From the NCBI GenBank assembly GCA_018651085.1, contig JABIEQ010000010.1:1688-65687 (forward strand): DNA of 64,000 nt, in the 5' to 3' direction. Shown in pieces: positions 19,607-27,909 of the stretch (position 1 is the first letter of the stretch; each line of letters starts with the position of its first letter). This DNA is from Candidatus Magasanikiibacteriota bacterium. GTDB lineage: Bacteria > Patescibacteriota > Patescibacteriia > Magasanikbacterales > UBA922. The notes under the pieces were generated by a model. That model saw nothing but the letters and a program-made list of their open reading frames with translations. It had not been told where the DNA came from and made no database searches. Made by a program: the position numbers and the translations under genes.

Positions 19607-19614
19607 CCTGTCTT

Positions 19615-20622
19615 ATGTCTGAATCCCCTTTGTATGAGCCTGTCCATACACAGCACCCTGTTCGAACAGGAGTGCTTTTTGTTGTGGTTAGCATTTTTGT
19701 TGTAGCTATTGTGATAGCTTTTTGGTGGTGGCAGTCTTATGGATTTACCTTTTCTCGTGCTACAGATCTACGACAAGATATTTTGTTACAAGAGGAAGAT
19801 GATACATTCGCTCGTTTACTTGATGGTAAATCAGTGGAATCTCCACAGATTCAAGATGTGCTTGAGGGGATTCCCGATATATCTGACATGCAATATGTGT
19901 TAACTCCAAACAGTGGATGGGAAACATATTTTCCATCTAATGCTCCGACACTGTTGTTAGGAAAAACTCGTTCAGAGGTTCGACAAACATTAGGAGAGCC
20001 TCCTGTATTGCTACGTCAACATACAAATGAATCAATTGAAGAAGATTGGGTGTATTTTCCATACCTGAATGATCCTACTGGGCTTTATATAGATTTTTCT
20101 TCTGGTATTGTTATAAGTAGTAAACTTGATGAGTATAGTGGTTTAAGTAGTCTTGGTGTGGTAGATACATCAGAAGTTGCAGCTGATTACCCTTCGTCTT
20201 TTGATGCTGTGCTTGATTTTGGAGCTGAAAGAACCGTTAGCTCAACATTTTTTAGTCTTTCACCTTCTAGTATTACTGATGTGAAAAAATTTGTGGGTGA
20301 TGGAACTCGCATTCATGAGTTTACTGTTATACAAACGAGAGAAGTTGATTTAAATCGTAGTGTTGGTGGGAGTATTGAACGACTGTATGTCTCTGTGTCC
20401 TTTTACGAAGTTGAAGGAGATGTAGTTTATGAAACAGTATTGTTTGATCCGCAAATTGCTGCATTACAAATTGAAAATGTATCAGTAAACAATGGGAAAA
20501 TGGTTGTGTCTGTGTCTGATTATGAAGACTATGATGATGTTAGTAACAGCACTGTGTTTCGATATACATATGTCCTTTCTTTTTTGGAACAAGAAGTATT
20601 ATTTATAGAAAAAAAAGGATAA
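19615..20622 (+). CDS. Hypothetical membrane-anchored acidic extracellular protein
   Basis: Single N-terminal TM helix and long open frame; LLGKTRSEVRQTLGEP...EDWVY resembles SmpA/BLIP-like repeats (weak). Confidence 0.6.
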   Translation: MSESPLYEPVHTQHPVRTGVLFVVVSIFVVAIVIAFWWWQSYGFTFSRATDLRQDILLQEEDDTFARLLDGKSVESPQIQDVLEGIPDISDMQYVLTPNSGWETYFPSNAPTLLLGKTRSEVRQTLGEPPVLLRQHTNESIEEDWVYFPYLNDPTGLYIDFSSGIVISSKLDEYSGLSSLGVVDTSEVAADYPSSFDAVLDFGAERTVSSTFFSLSPSSITDVKKFVGDGTRIHEFTVIQTREVDLNRSVGGSIERLYVSVSFYEVEGDVVYETVLFDPQIAALQIENVSVNNGKMVVSVSDYEDYDDVSNSTVFRYTYVLSFLEQEVLFIEKKG

Positions 20623-20733
20623 TGTTTCTTTTTTCTATTGACAAACGGTGATTTTTTTGCTATACTGTGTGTAGAGTTGTACAAAAACCGTTGCAACTTT
20701 CAAAAATAAATACACACATAAAAAACAATTCAT

Positions 20734-23328
20734 ATGATCTCATGCTTGGAGGGTTCTCACACCCAAACATCTCATTTTTCTTTTATTTATCGTTGTCTGT
20801 TTGCAGGAATTGTATTTTCAATTGCTGTTTTTTTATTTTTACCTGGTATTTCTTTCGCTGCTGAAGAAGATTTTTCTGATGCTGTTATAGAAGATGCTAT
20901 TATTGATCATGAAGACTTGGGGGTTGAAGCGCCAACAGTTCTCCCTGATCAAAAAGTACGATATGGATTTAAACGATTTGGCCGATTTTTTCAAAAAACA
21001 CTCGCTACTGGCGAAAAGAAACAAGAACTTATTGAACAATTCGCTAATCAAGAACTTGCAGATGCCTCTTTGCTTCTTGAACAAAAAAATACTGAAGGGC
21101 GTGCTGTTAATGCTGCTGTAAAGGCTATTAAACGGGCACAAAAACAATTAGAGAACGTTGAAGTGAAAAATCCAGAGGCTGCAGGAAAGTTTCTTGGACA
21201 TGAAGTAGTTCGTCAAAAAGTATATGATCGTGTTCAAAGACAGTTACTTGATCATGCTCCTGCTGATGTAATTGATGATGCCTTTGAAAGCATTGTTAAT
21301 GCTAAAAAAGAAGCTGCAGAGTACGCAGCTCAAACACTTGGTTCAATTGAAGATCAAGAAGGACTACTTGAAGAAGTAGGACTTGTACTTGAAGATGCAA
21401 AAGGAAGTTCACTTAATGCATTTAAACAAGCTGAAGCGTTACAGTTTTTTGAAGATCATGCCTCTAAAAATAGGCGTGATTTTTTTGATAAAGCAAAAAA
21501 ACGTACTCTTGAACGGTTTGCTGAAAATATTCATGATGAGTTTGTAGGGGGAAATCGTGATATCGTTGATAGGTTTGAGCAGTATGCAAAAGAAATTCCA
21601 GGAGACGAGACAATCCATCTTGAAATTTTTGATACGTTGAAAACTGGTCTTGAAGAATATGATTTTCCAGAAGAAGTGCGAGGGAAAATTGAACAATGGA
21701 AAGATATTTCTGCAAGACGTCATGAACAGGATGCTGAACGTGCGGAAGACCGGTTTGGTGATGATATTGCACATAAAATTTATGAGCGTCGTTTAGAACG
21801 TTTCTCTGACTTAGGTAAAGAAGAAGTAGATGTGTCACGATTTCGTGTGCTTGAAGAACTTCGAACGAGAACTTCTGGAGAAGAAGGAAGAGTACATGCT
21901 GTGGTGCAAGCAGAGCATAAAAAAATGGCAGCAAAATTTAAAGCACAATTTACAGATGAAGGATCACAAAAACTTGCCGATAAGTTTCTTGAACTTTCTA
22001 AAAATCCTGATCCAACATCATTTGCTATTATTAAAGAGCTTGAAAAACAGTTAACTCCAGAACAACGAAAATTTGTTGATGCACTTGACCAACAATTAAA
22101 GCATGAACTTGTGCAACAACGAGCAGAACATGGGGCTTTGTTTGAAGATAAGTTTTTTTCTAATCTTCCTGAACATCAAGATATTTTGCAAGGGTTAGAA
22201 CGAGATTTTCGTGATCATCGTGAAGACTTTTTAGGACCAGCTGACTTATTTGCTTCTTTTGATGGACAAGAACCTCTTCCATTTGTTCAACGACCAGGGC
22301 AACTTGATCAATTTTTTCAAAAAGCATCTTTTGATCAGCAAGTTCGTATTCGACGTGAGCTTGAATCAATTGATGATCCTGAAGCATTTGATCATTTTCA
22401 AGGAAAGTTTGAAGGATTTGAAAATATTCCACCTGAATTTCAATTTTTACAAGGTACTTTTGATGTGAAACGTCGTCAAATTGAAGAACGTCGTCTTCAA
22501 GATAAAGAGGAAGAACATTCAAGAGATACTGAACAAGCTTTTGAAGTTCTTGAAGAAGAATATCGTCAAAAAATTGAGGGTGTTTTAGAAAAAGATCGTG
22601 AAGCTTTTGAACGTCAATTTAATGAAAAACGTAATAACTTGAAGGAACGAGAATTAAAGAATAGACAAGAGTTGTTTGAAGAACGAATTGGAGATAGATC
22701 ATCATTTGATCCATTTTGTGATGAACGTTGTCAAAAAGAGGAAGAACTTTTTATTAGACAACGGTTTGAACAAAATATTGATAATGATAGACGTCGTTTT
22801 GAAGAGGATCAAGATTTTTTTAGACTAGAAAGAGAGAGCCTTGGAGATTTTAATCGGTTATCTGATCAAGATAATGCTTTATTTGAAACACGAAAACGTG
22901 ATGGTACTGAAGGTCCAATTGTTGATCGTCATCAGATTATTAATATCCGAAAATCACCGTCGTCCTCTAGAGGTAGATTAGATCAAAGAGATTCAGATCG
23001 ACATCTCAACTCAGAGTTTGAGCCACCTCGTGATTTTTCAAATCTTCCTTCTAAATCGGAGCTTGAAAGACGGGGTGAATTTAAACAACCAACAGTTGAA
23101 GATCGCCGTGATGAATTTAAACAACCGAGGTTTGAAGATCGTCGCGATGAATTTAAACCAAAAGAACCATTAAGTAATGGTGATACTCGTTCAAAGGTAG
23201 ATTTTAATTTACCTGTGAACCCTCCAAAATTTGAACATAATACCACTGAAAACAAAGATCTTTTTGAAAGAGAGAAGCTAGAAGACGTTAATAGGCCCGA
23301 CTTTGGAGATTCGTTTAAAGGATTTTAA
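20734..23328 (+). CDS. Large secreted, highly charged helical protein (DUF5667-like N-terminal domain)
   Basis: Signal/TM segment then PTVLPDQKVRYGFKRF...ANQELADA; E/D/R/K/F-rich coiled coils; 12-aa repeats near the C-terminus. Confidence 0.65.
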   Translation: MISCLEGSHTQTSHFSFIYRCLFAGIVFSIAVFLFLPGISFAAEEDFSDAVIEDAIIDHEDLGVEAPTVLPDQKVRYGFKRFGRFFQKTLATGEKKQELIEQFANQELADASLLLEQKNTEGRAVNAAVKAIKRAQKQLENVEVKNPEAAGKFLGHEVVRQKVYDRVQRQLLDHAPADVIDDAFESIVNAKKEAAEYAAQTLGSIEDQEGLLEEVGLVLEDAKGSSLNAFKQAEALQFFEDHASKNRRDFFDKAKKRTLERFAENIHDEFVGGNRDIVDRFEQYAKEIPGDETIHLEIFDTLKTGLEEYDFPEEVRGKIEQWKDISARRHEQDAERAEDRFGDDIAHKIYERRLERFSDLGKEEVDVSRFRVLEELRTRTSGEEGRVHAVVQAEHKKMAAKFKAQFTDEGSQKLADKFLELSKNPDPTSFAIIKELEKQLTPEQRKFVDALDQQLKHELVQQRAEHGALFEDKFFSNLPEHQDILQGLERDFRDHREDFLGPADLFASFDGQEPLPFVQRPGQLDQFFQKASFDQQVRIRRELESIDDPEAFDHFQGKFEGFENIPPEFQFLQGTFDVKRRQIEERRLQDKEEEHSRDTEQAFEVLEEEYRQKIEGVLEKDREAFERQFNEKRNNLKERELKNRQELFEERIGDRSSFDPFCDERCQKEEELFIRQRFEQNIDNDRRRFEEDQDFFRLERESLGDFNRLSDQDNALFETRKRDGTEGPIVDRHQIINIRKSPSSSRGRLDQRDSDRHLNSEFEPPRDFSNLPSKSELERRGEFKQPTVEDRRDEFKQPRFEDRRDEFKPKEPLSNGDTRSKVDFNLPVNPPKFEHNTTENKDLFEREKLEDVNRPDFGDSFKGF
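23076..23160 (+). repeat. 36-bp coding tandem repeat (~2.3 copies)
   Basis: TGAATTTAAAC recurs at 23076, 23112 and 23148; encodes EFKQPxxEDRRD. Confidence 0.85.
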
Positions 23329-23370
23329 TTATCTTTTGCTACGTTCATTATAATGAACGTAGCTTTTTTT

Positions 23371-24096
23371 ATGTCAGTCGAACATAACCCTAAATACATT
23401 CATCATGCTGATCCTGTTGATACTTCTTTAATACGTGAAGGGGTGTTTGGTTTGGAAGATGGTATGGTTTCAACACTTGGGGCTGTTACTGGTATTGCAA
23501 CAGCCACGCAAGATTATTTTACGGTTATTTTAGCCGGGTGCGTTGTTATTTCAGTTGAATCCATTGCTATGGCCGTTGGTTCATACCTTTCAAGTAAGTC
23601 TGAAAAAGAGATTGATGAGCGCATGCTTTTTGAAGAGAAACAAGAGATTGCAAAATTTCCTCAGGAAGAACGAGAAGAGTTATATGAAATGTATGTTCAA
23701 GAAGAATGGCCAAAAGAACTTGCTCATAATATGGCTGATGCTGCGTCAGCTAATCCAAAAATAATGCTTCAAGAAATGGCATATAGAGAACTTCAGATTA
23801 TTCCGGATAACTTAGAGCGTCCACTCCATAATGCTGTTATTATGGGAATTTCATATGTTATAGGTGGATCTATTCCTCTTATCCCGTATCTATTTTCCAG
23901 GGATATTTCATTTATTCTCCCTATTTCTATTGGGTTTACTCTTGTTGCTTTATTTGGTCTTGGTGCGCTTACCACAAAATTCTCTAAACGATCTTGGTGG
24001 AAAGCTGGTCTTGAAATGTTTGCTCTTGCGAGTGCTGCCGCTTTTATTGGATATGCTGTGGGGCAAGGTATTGATAAAGTATTTGGGCTTGGGTAA
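23371..24096 (+). CDS. VIT1/CCC1 family Fe/Mn transporter
   Basis: REGVFGLEDGMVSTLG, SIAMAVGSYLSSKSE, EEREELYEMY, GGSIPLIPY. Confidence 0.9.
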   Translation: MSVEHNPKYIHHADPVDTSLIREGVFGLEDGMVSTLGAVTGIATATQDYFTVILAGCVVISVESIAMAVGSYLSSKSEKEIDERMLFEEKQEIAKFPQEEREELYEMYVQEEWPKELAHNMADAASANPKIMLQEMAYRELQIIPDNLERPLHNAVIMGISYVIGGSIPLIPYLFSRDISFILPISIGFTLVALFGLGALTTKFSKRSWWKAGLEMFALASAAAFIGYAVGQGIDKVFGLG

Positions 24097-24112
24097 TAGT
24101 TTTAATGTATAT

Positions 24113-24145
24113 AAAAAAGAGACTAGTATATACTAGTCTCTTTTA
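24113..24145. terminator. Bidirectional terminator overlapping the trmB-like stop codon
   Basis: AAAAGAGACTAGTA-TA-TACTAGTCTCTTTT palindrome between convergent genes. Confidence 0.65.
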
Positions 24146-24897
24146 TTAAATAAATGGTCAAAAATGGCATGTTGTTGGTCAGCGATATCTTTGTGTTTTA
24201 TATACACTCCACCAGGAAGTTCTCCTACACTTAAAAATATGACAACATCTTCGTAGATGTATGAAGCGGTATTTGTTTTAAAATCTTTTAGGGTTTTTCT
24301 TTCTCGGAGGTGCTCTGTTTTTTGTAGTGTGTTTGTCGGTTCTTTTTTTAAAGAACTTGGGCAGTCTTCTCCTCTAATAAGTTTTACAGTAATATTTTTT
24401 TTTGCTCTTTTTTCTAGATGTGCATGAAATATGGTACTAATTTCTTCGTTTTCCATGTACACGGAGTATGATTTTAATTCTTTTGGTTCATCAAGGATTA
24501 TTTTTTCTAGAACTTGTCTGATTCCTTGTATGCCTGGATAATTTTTAAAAAATGGGTCATTATTAATTTTACTGTAAGCTGCTTCAAGTGTTCCAAAGTG
24601 TTCTTCGAGTTTTTTTTCTGTCTCTATTAATGCTTTTCTTTTTTTGTAGAGAAATTCTTTGAGATTTTCAGGATGGGTAATAGTGTAGTGGAGCACTTTT
24701 TTTTGTGGATTTTTATAGATGAGCGTATGCTCTTCTAGCCAATCACAAATATTATAGATAGTCCCTTTTTTAAGGGATGTTTTTTTTACGATGTTTGCAA
24801 CCGTTAATTCTTTGTGTTCAAAAATAGTCGTGTACACACGTATTTGTTCTTGTTGCAATCCAAGAGTTTGTAATGTTTCAATAATTTCTTTTTTCAT
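24133..24897 (-). CDS. TrmB-family transcriptional regulator
   Basis: LQTLGLQQEQIRVYTTI...SLKKGTIYNICDWLEE; GIQGIRQV...IYEDVVIF...IFDHLF C-terminal domain. Confidence 0.78.
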   Translation of the reverse strand: MKKEIIETLQTLGLQQEQIRVYTTIFEHKELTVANIVKKTSLKKGTIYNICDWLEEHTLIYKNPQKKVLHYTITHPENLKEFLYKKRKALIETEKKLEEHFGTLEAAYSKINNDPFFKNYPGIQGIRQVLEKIILDEPKELKSYSVYMENEEISTIFHAHLEKRAKKNITVKLIRGEDCPSSLKKEPTNTLQKTEHLRERKTLKDFKTNTASYIYEDVVIFLSVGELPGGVYIKHKDIADQQHAIFDHLFNKRD

Positions 24898-25147
24898 GTC
24901 TTTTTGACAAAAAATAGATGATACTGCTTCTAGTTTATCATTTTGTCAGTGTTTTTTGAAATATTTTGTGGATAACCCACTGTTTTGTCTGTTTATATTT
25001 GACTAAAATTAACCTATGTATAGCTAATTTTATTAATATTTCAAATCTATTTGACAAAAAGACAGTTCTTTTTCATACTAAAGAGGCGCTATTTTGGTAG
25101 AGCACTATACTTTATGAAGGGTTTTTGTTGAATATTGTCGTCGATAT

Positions 25148-25396
25148 ATGAAAGGACTGTATGTCTCACAACAAGATGTGTTAGGGCTTTTTCTTCAAAA
25201 GCCCCTTCATGAGGTTGATGTTCGTGAACTTGAGCGCACGCTGGCAACACTTCGTGGTCATGTTGCTCACATAAAAAAACATTGTTGTGAATTTTGGTGT
25301 GCAGAGTGTCATGCAAAGGGGTGGTGGGAAGAGGATCTTTTTATTCTTCAAGATGCTAAAAGACGTGTTCTTCAAGAATTACTTTCTCGTTTTTAA
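25148..25396 (+). CDS. Small hypothetical protein with a Cys/His cluster
   Basis: 82-aa ORF containing HCCEFWCAECH; divergent from trmB-like gene; TTGACA promoter at ~25050. Confidence 0.55.
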   Translation: MKGLYVSQQDVLGLFLQKPLHEVDVRELERTLATLRGHVAHIKKHCCEFWCAECHAKGWWEEDLFILQDAKRRVLQELLSRF

Positions 25397-26523
25397 TTTT
25401 TTTCCCATTTCCAAATACTTCTTCCAATATGTTGTCCAGCTCTTCTATATAAAAGGCTTTCACTATCTTTTGTTAAGGGTATGTTGGTAAAACCAAGTTG
25501 TTCAATGTCATTTTTACAATTAATAGTGATCCATTCGTTGTGAAAGTGAAACTGTGGCACTATAAAAATAATTATTCCTCCTGGTTTTACGATGCGGTGA
25601 AATTGTTTGAATGTTTTTACAAATAATTGGCGAAGTTCTTTAGCTTGTTTTGTGAGGAGTTGTTTTCCTTCTTTTCCCGTCAGGGGCTTTCCCATATATG
25701 GTTCTGAAACGATTGCATCAATAGTATTTTCTGCAATTTTTTTTGTTTTTGTGGTTGCGTCATGTTGAAATATAGTAACTGTTGCATTCGTATCTACCTG
25801 CTCTTCTAACCATGACATGTTTGCTTCTGAATCCCTTACCGCTCTTATAGAGATATCTGTTCCTATAATATGTTGTATACCAGAAGACAATGCTTCCATG
25901 AGGACTGTCCCTGATCCACAAAAAGCATCAAGGAGTGTTTCATTGGGTTGTATCTCTGATAGGTTGATAAGGATTTTTGCAAGTTTGGGTGGAAGCATGC
26001 CGCTTTTATCGTCACTTCGTGGTCGTCCATAGTCTCTTTTTGCAAAATCTTCAAACGGTTGAATTGCGCGTGTAACAAAAAGCGTGTCTTTTATGTTTAA
26101 CAAGTCTCCTTGTTTTCTAATAAGACTATTATTTTTAATCGTAGCTGTATTTTTAGCTTCAATAAAACGGACAGATCGGCCGAGTGCTTTTAGTTCTTTT
26201 TTGACTTGAAGGGCAAAAGGTTTTGCTCCTTCTCCTGATAAAGAAAAGTGAATTTTCCCTTCAGGAGTTGTTTGTTGTAGATATTCTATGATCCGATCTT
26301 GTATAGATCCCTCTGTTTTTGGAATGGCTTCTGAAATTTTTTTTGTTCCACCAAGCTTTGCCATTATTTGAGGGGTATCAAGTATTCTTTTTGTTGAAAC
26401 AATAATATATTGCTTGGTTTCTTTTTCTATTGTCGCGTCGTATTCTTCTTTTGAAAGGGTAAAGAGAATTTCCGCTATAGAGATATGTGGTTGATGTCCA
26501 AGTTCGAAGTAGTAAGTGGGCAT
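25393..26523 (-). CDS. Trm11/TrmG10-like SAM-dependent RNA methyltransferase
   Basis: GMLPPKLAKILINL, LLDAFCGSGTVLME, GTDIS, IVSEPYMG. Confidence 0.85.
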   Translation of the reverse strand: MPTYYFELGHQPHISIAEILFTLSKEEYDATIEKETKQYIIVSTKRILDTPQIMAKLGGTKKISEAIPKTEGSIQDRIIEYLQQTTPEGKIHFSLSGEGAKPFALQVKKELKALGRSVRFIEAKNTATIKNNSLIRKQGDLLNIKDTLFVTRAIQPFEDFAKRDYGRPRSDDKSGMLPPKLAKILINLSEIQPNETLLDAFCGSGTVLMEALSSGIQHIIGTDISIRAVRDSEANMSWLEEQVDTNATVTIFQHDATTKTKKIAENTIDAIVSEPYMGKPLTGKEGKQLLTKQAKELRQLFVKTFKQFHRIVKPGGIIIFIVPQFHFHNEWITINCKNDIEQLGFTNIPLTKDSESLLYRRAGQHIGRSIWKWEKN

Positions 26524-26526
26524 ATG

Positions 26527-27558
26527 TTAATCGTTTGGGACCTGTTTATTAAGGTGGGTATAAGCAAGAAGGGTCGCTTTTCTCCCTCGAGGTGTTCTTT
26601 CAAGCATTCCTGTCTGAAGAAGGTATGGTTCATATATTGTTTCAAGTGTATCCATATCTTCTGCCACAGCTGCCGCAATAGTGCTTAGTCCTACAGGTCC
26701 TCCTTGAAACTTTTCAATAATCGTCTCCAGGATGAGATAATCTACCGCATCAAGCCCCTCTGTGTCAACCTGAAGAGTCGTAAGAGCTTCATGTGCGATG
26801 TCTTTGGTAATTGTTCCATTGTGGCGTACGTCAGCATGGTCTCGTACGCGTCGTAAGAGCCTATTAGCGACTCTTGGCGTCTTTCTTGACCTATGAGCAA
26901 TGGTTTCCTCAGCACCGCCTTCAAGCGGCGTATTAAGGATAAGAGCGTTTGTCTTTATGATTGTCTCAATATGACTGTTTTCGTAGAATTTGAAGTGGAA
27001 AACATGGCCAAAACGGTCTCGAAGTGGTCCTGAGATTAGATTCATCTTAGTTGTGGCCCCAATAAGGGTAAATGGTTCAAGGGACATACGTAATGTTCGT
27101 GCTGTAGGTCCTTTTCCAACAATGATATCAAGAGCAAAGTCTTCCATTGCACTATAGAGTACTTCTTCAATAGTTTTGTTCATTCGATGGATTTCATCGA
27201 TGAATAGGACATCTCCGTACTCAAGGTTCGAAAGGATAGCCGCAAGATCTCCAACACGTTCTAGTGCTGGTCCTGCTGTTATTCTAATGTGTGCATCCAT
27301 TTCTTTTGCAATAATGTGTGCGAGTGTTGTTTTCCCAAGGCCGGGATTTCCATATAATAGTACATGCTCAATTGGTTCTTTTCTTTTTTCTGCTGCTTGC
27401 ATGGCGATATCAAGAGGCTCTTTGATGTGTTGTTGCCCAATAAACCCCTCAAGTGTCTTTGGGCGAAGGGTTCGTTCAATCTTTTTTTCTTCTTCTTTCT
27501 CTTCTTGATCGGGATTTACGATTCTTTCTGTGTGTTGTGAGGTATTTATTGGATTCAT
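26527..27558 (-). CDS. ruvB: Holliday junction branch migration helicase RuvB
   Basis: [51 protein letters not shown]. Confidence 0.97.
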   Translation of the reverse strand: MNPINTSQHTERIVNPDQEEKEEEKKIERTLRPKTLEGFIGQQHIKEPLDIAMQAAEKRKEPIEHVLLYGNPGLGKTTLAHIIAKEMDAHIRITAGPALERVGDLAAILSNLEYGDVLFIDEIHRMNKTIEEVLYSAMEDFALDIIVGKGPTARTLRMSLEPFTLIGATTKMNLISGPLRDRFGHVFHFKFYENSHIETIIKTNALILNTPLEGGAEETIAHRSRKTPRVANRLLRRVRDHADVRHNGTITKDIAHEALTTLQVDTEGLDAVDYLILETIIEKFQGGPVGLSTIAAAVAEDMDTLETIYEPYLLQTGMLERTPRGRKATLLAYTHLNKQVPND

Positions 27559-27782
27559 AGTGGTCGGTAGTATACATGTCGATTTATCTTATCTCAAGAA
27601 ATATATTGTTTTTTTTGCGTGGGTTTCTTTTTTGTGTATACGAGTGGGGATGGTGATTGGGAACGAATGTGGATAACTTATTGGTTTGTATATTTTATGG
27701 CTCTTTTAAGAGAAAAATGCATTTGTGGTCCGTATGAAACTTGTGTGGTATAATAATACTCGTTCGATCATTACCTTACTAA

Positions 27783-27830
27783 ACACAATATATAGTGGTT
27801 TAAATATATTTGAACCACAATATATTGTGT
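27783..27830 (+). promoter_or_regulatory. Tandem NrdR boxes upstream of nrdA
   Basis: ACACAATATATAGTGG (27783-27798) and CCACAATATATTGTGT (27815-27830) match the acaCwAtATaTwGtg consensus, 32 bp apart. Confidence 0.85.
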
Positions 27831-27909
27831 TCAACATATTTCTGTTGAATGCGGTTGCGCTGGGTTTTGGCGTTTTTTTTATCCTTTTATTTATTTTCTG
27901 CCTTGTCAT

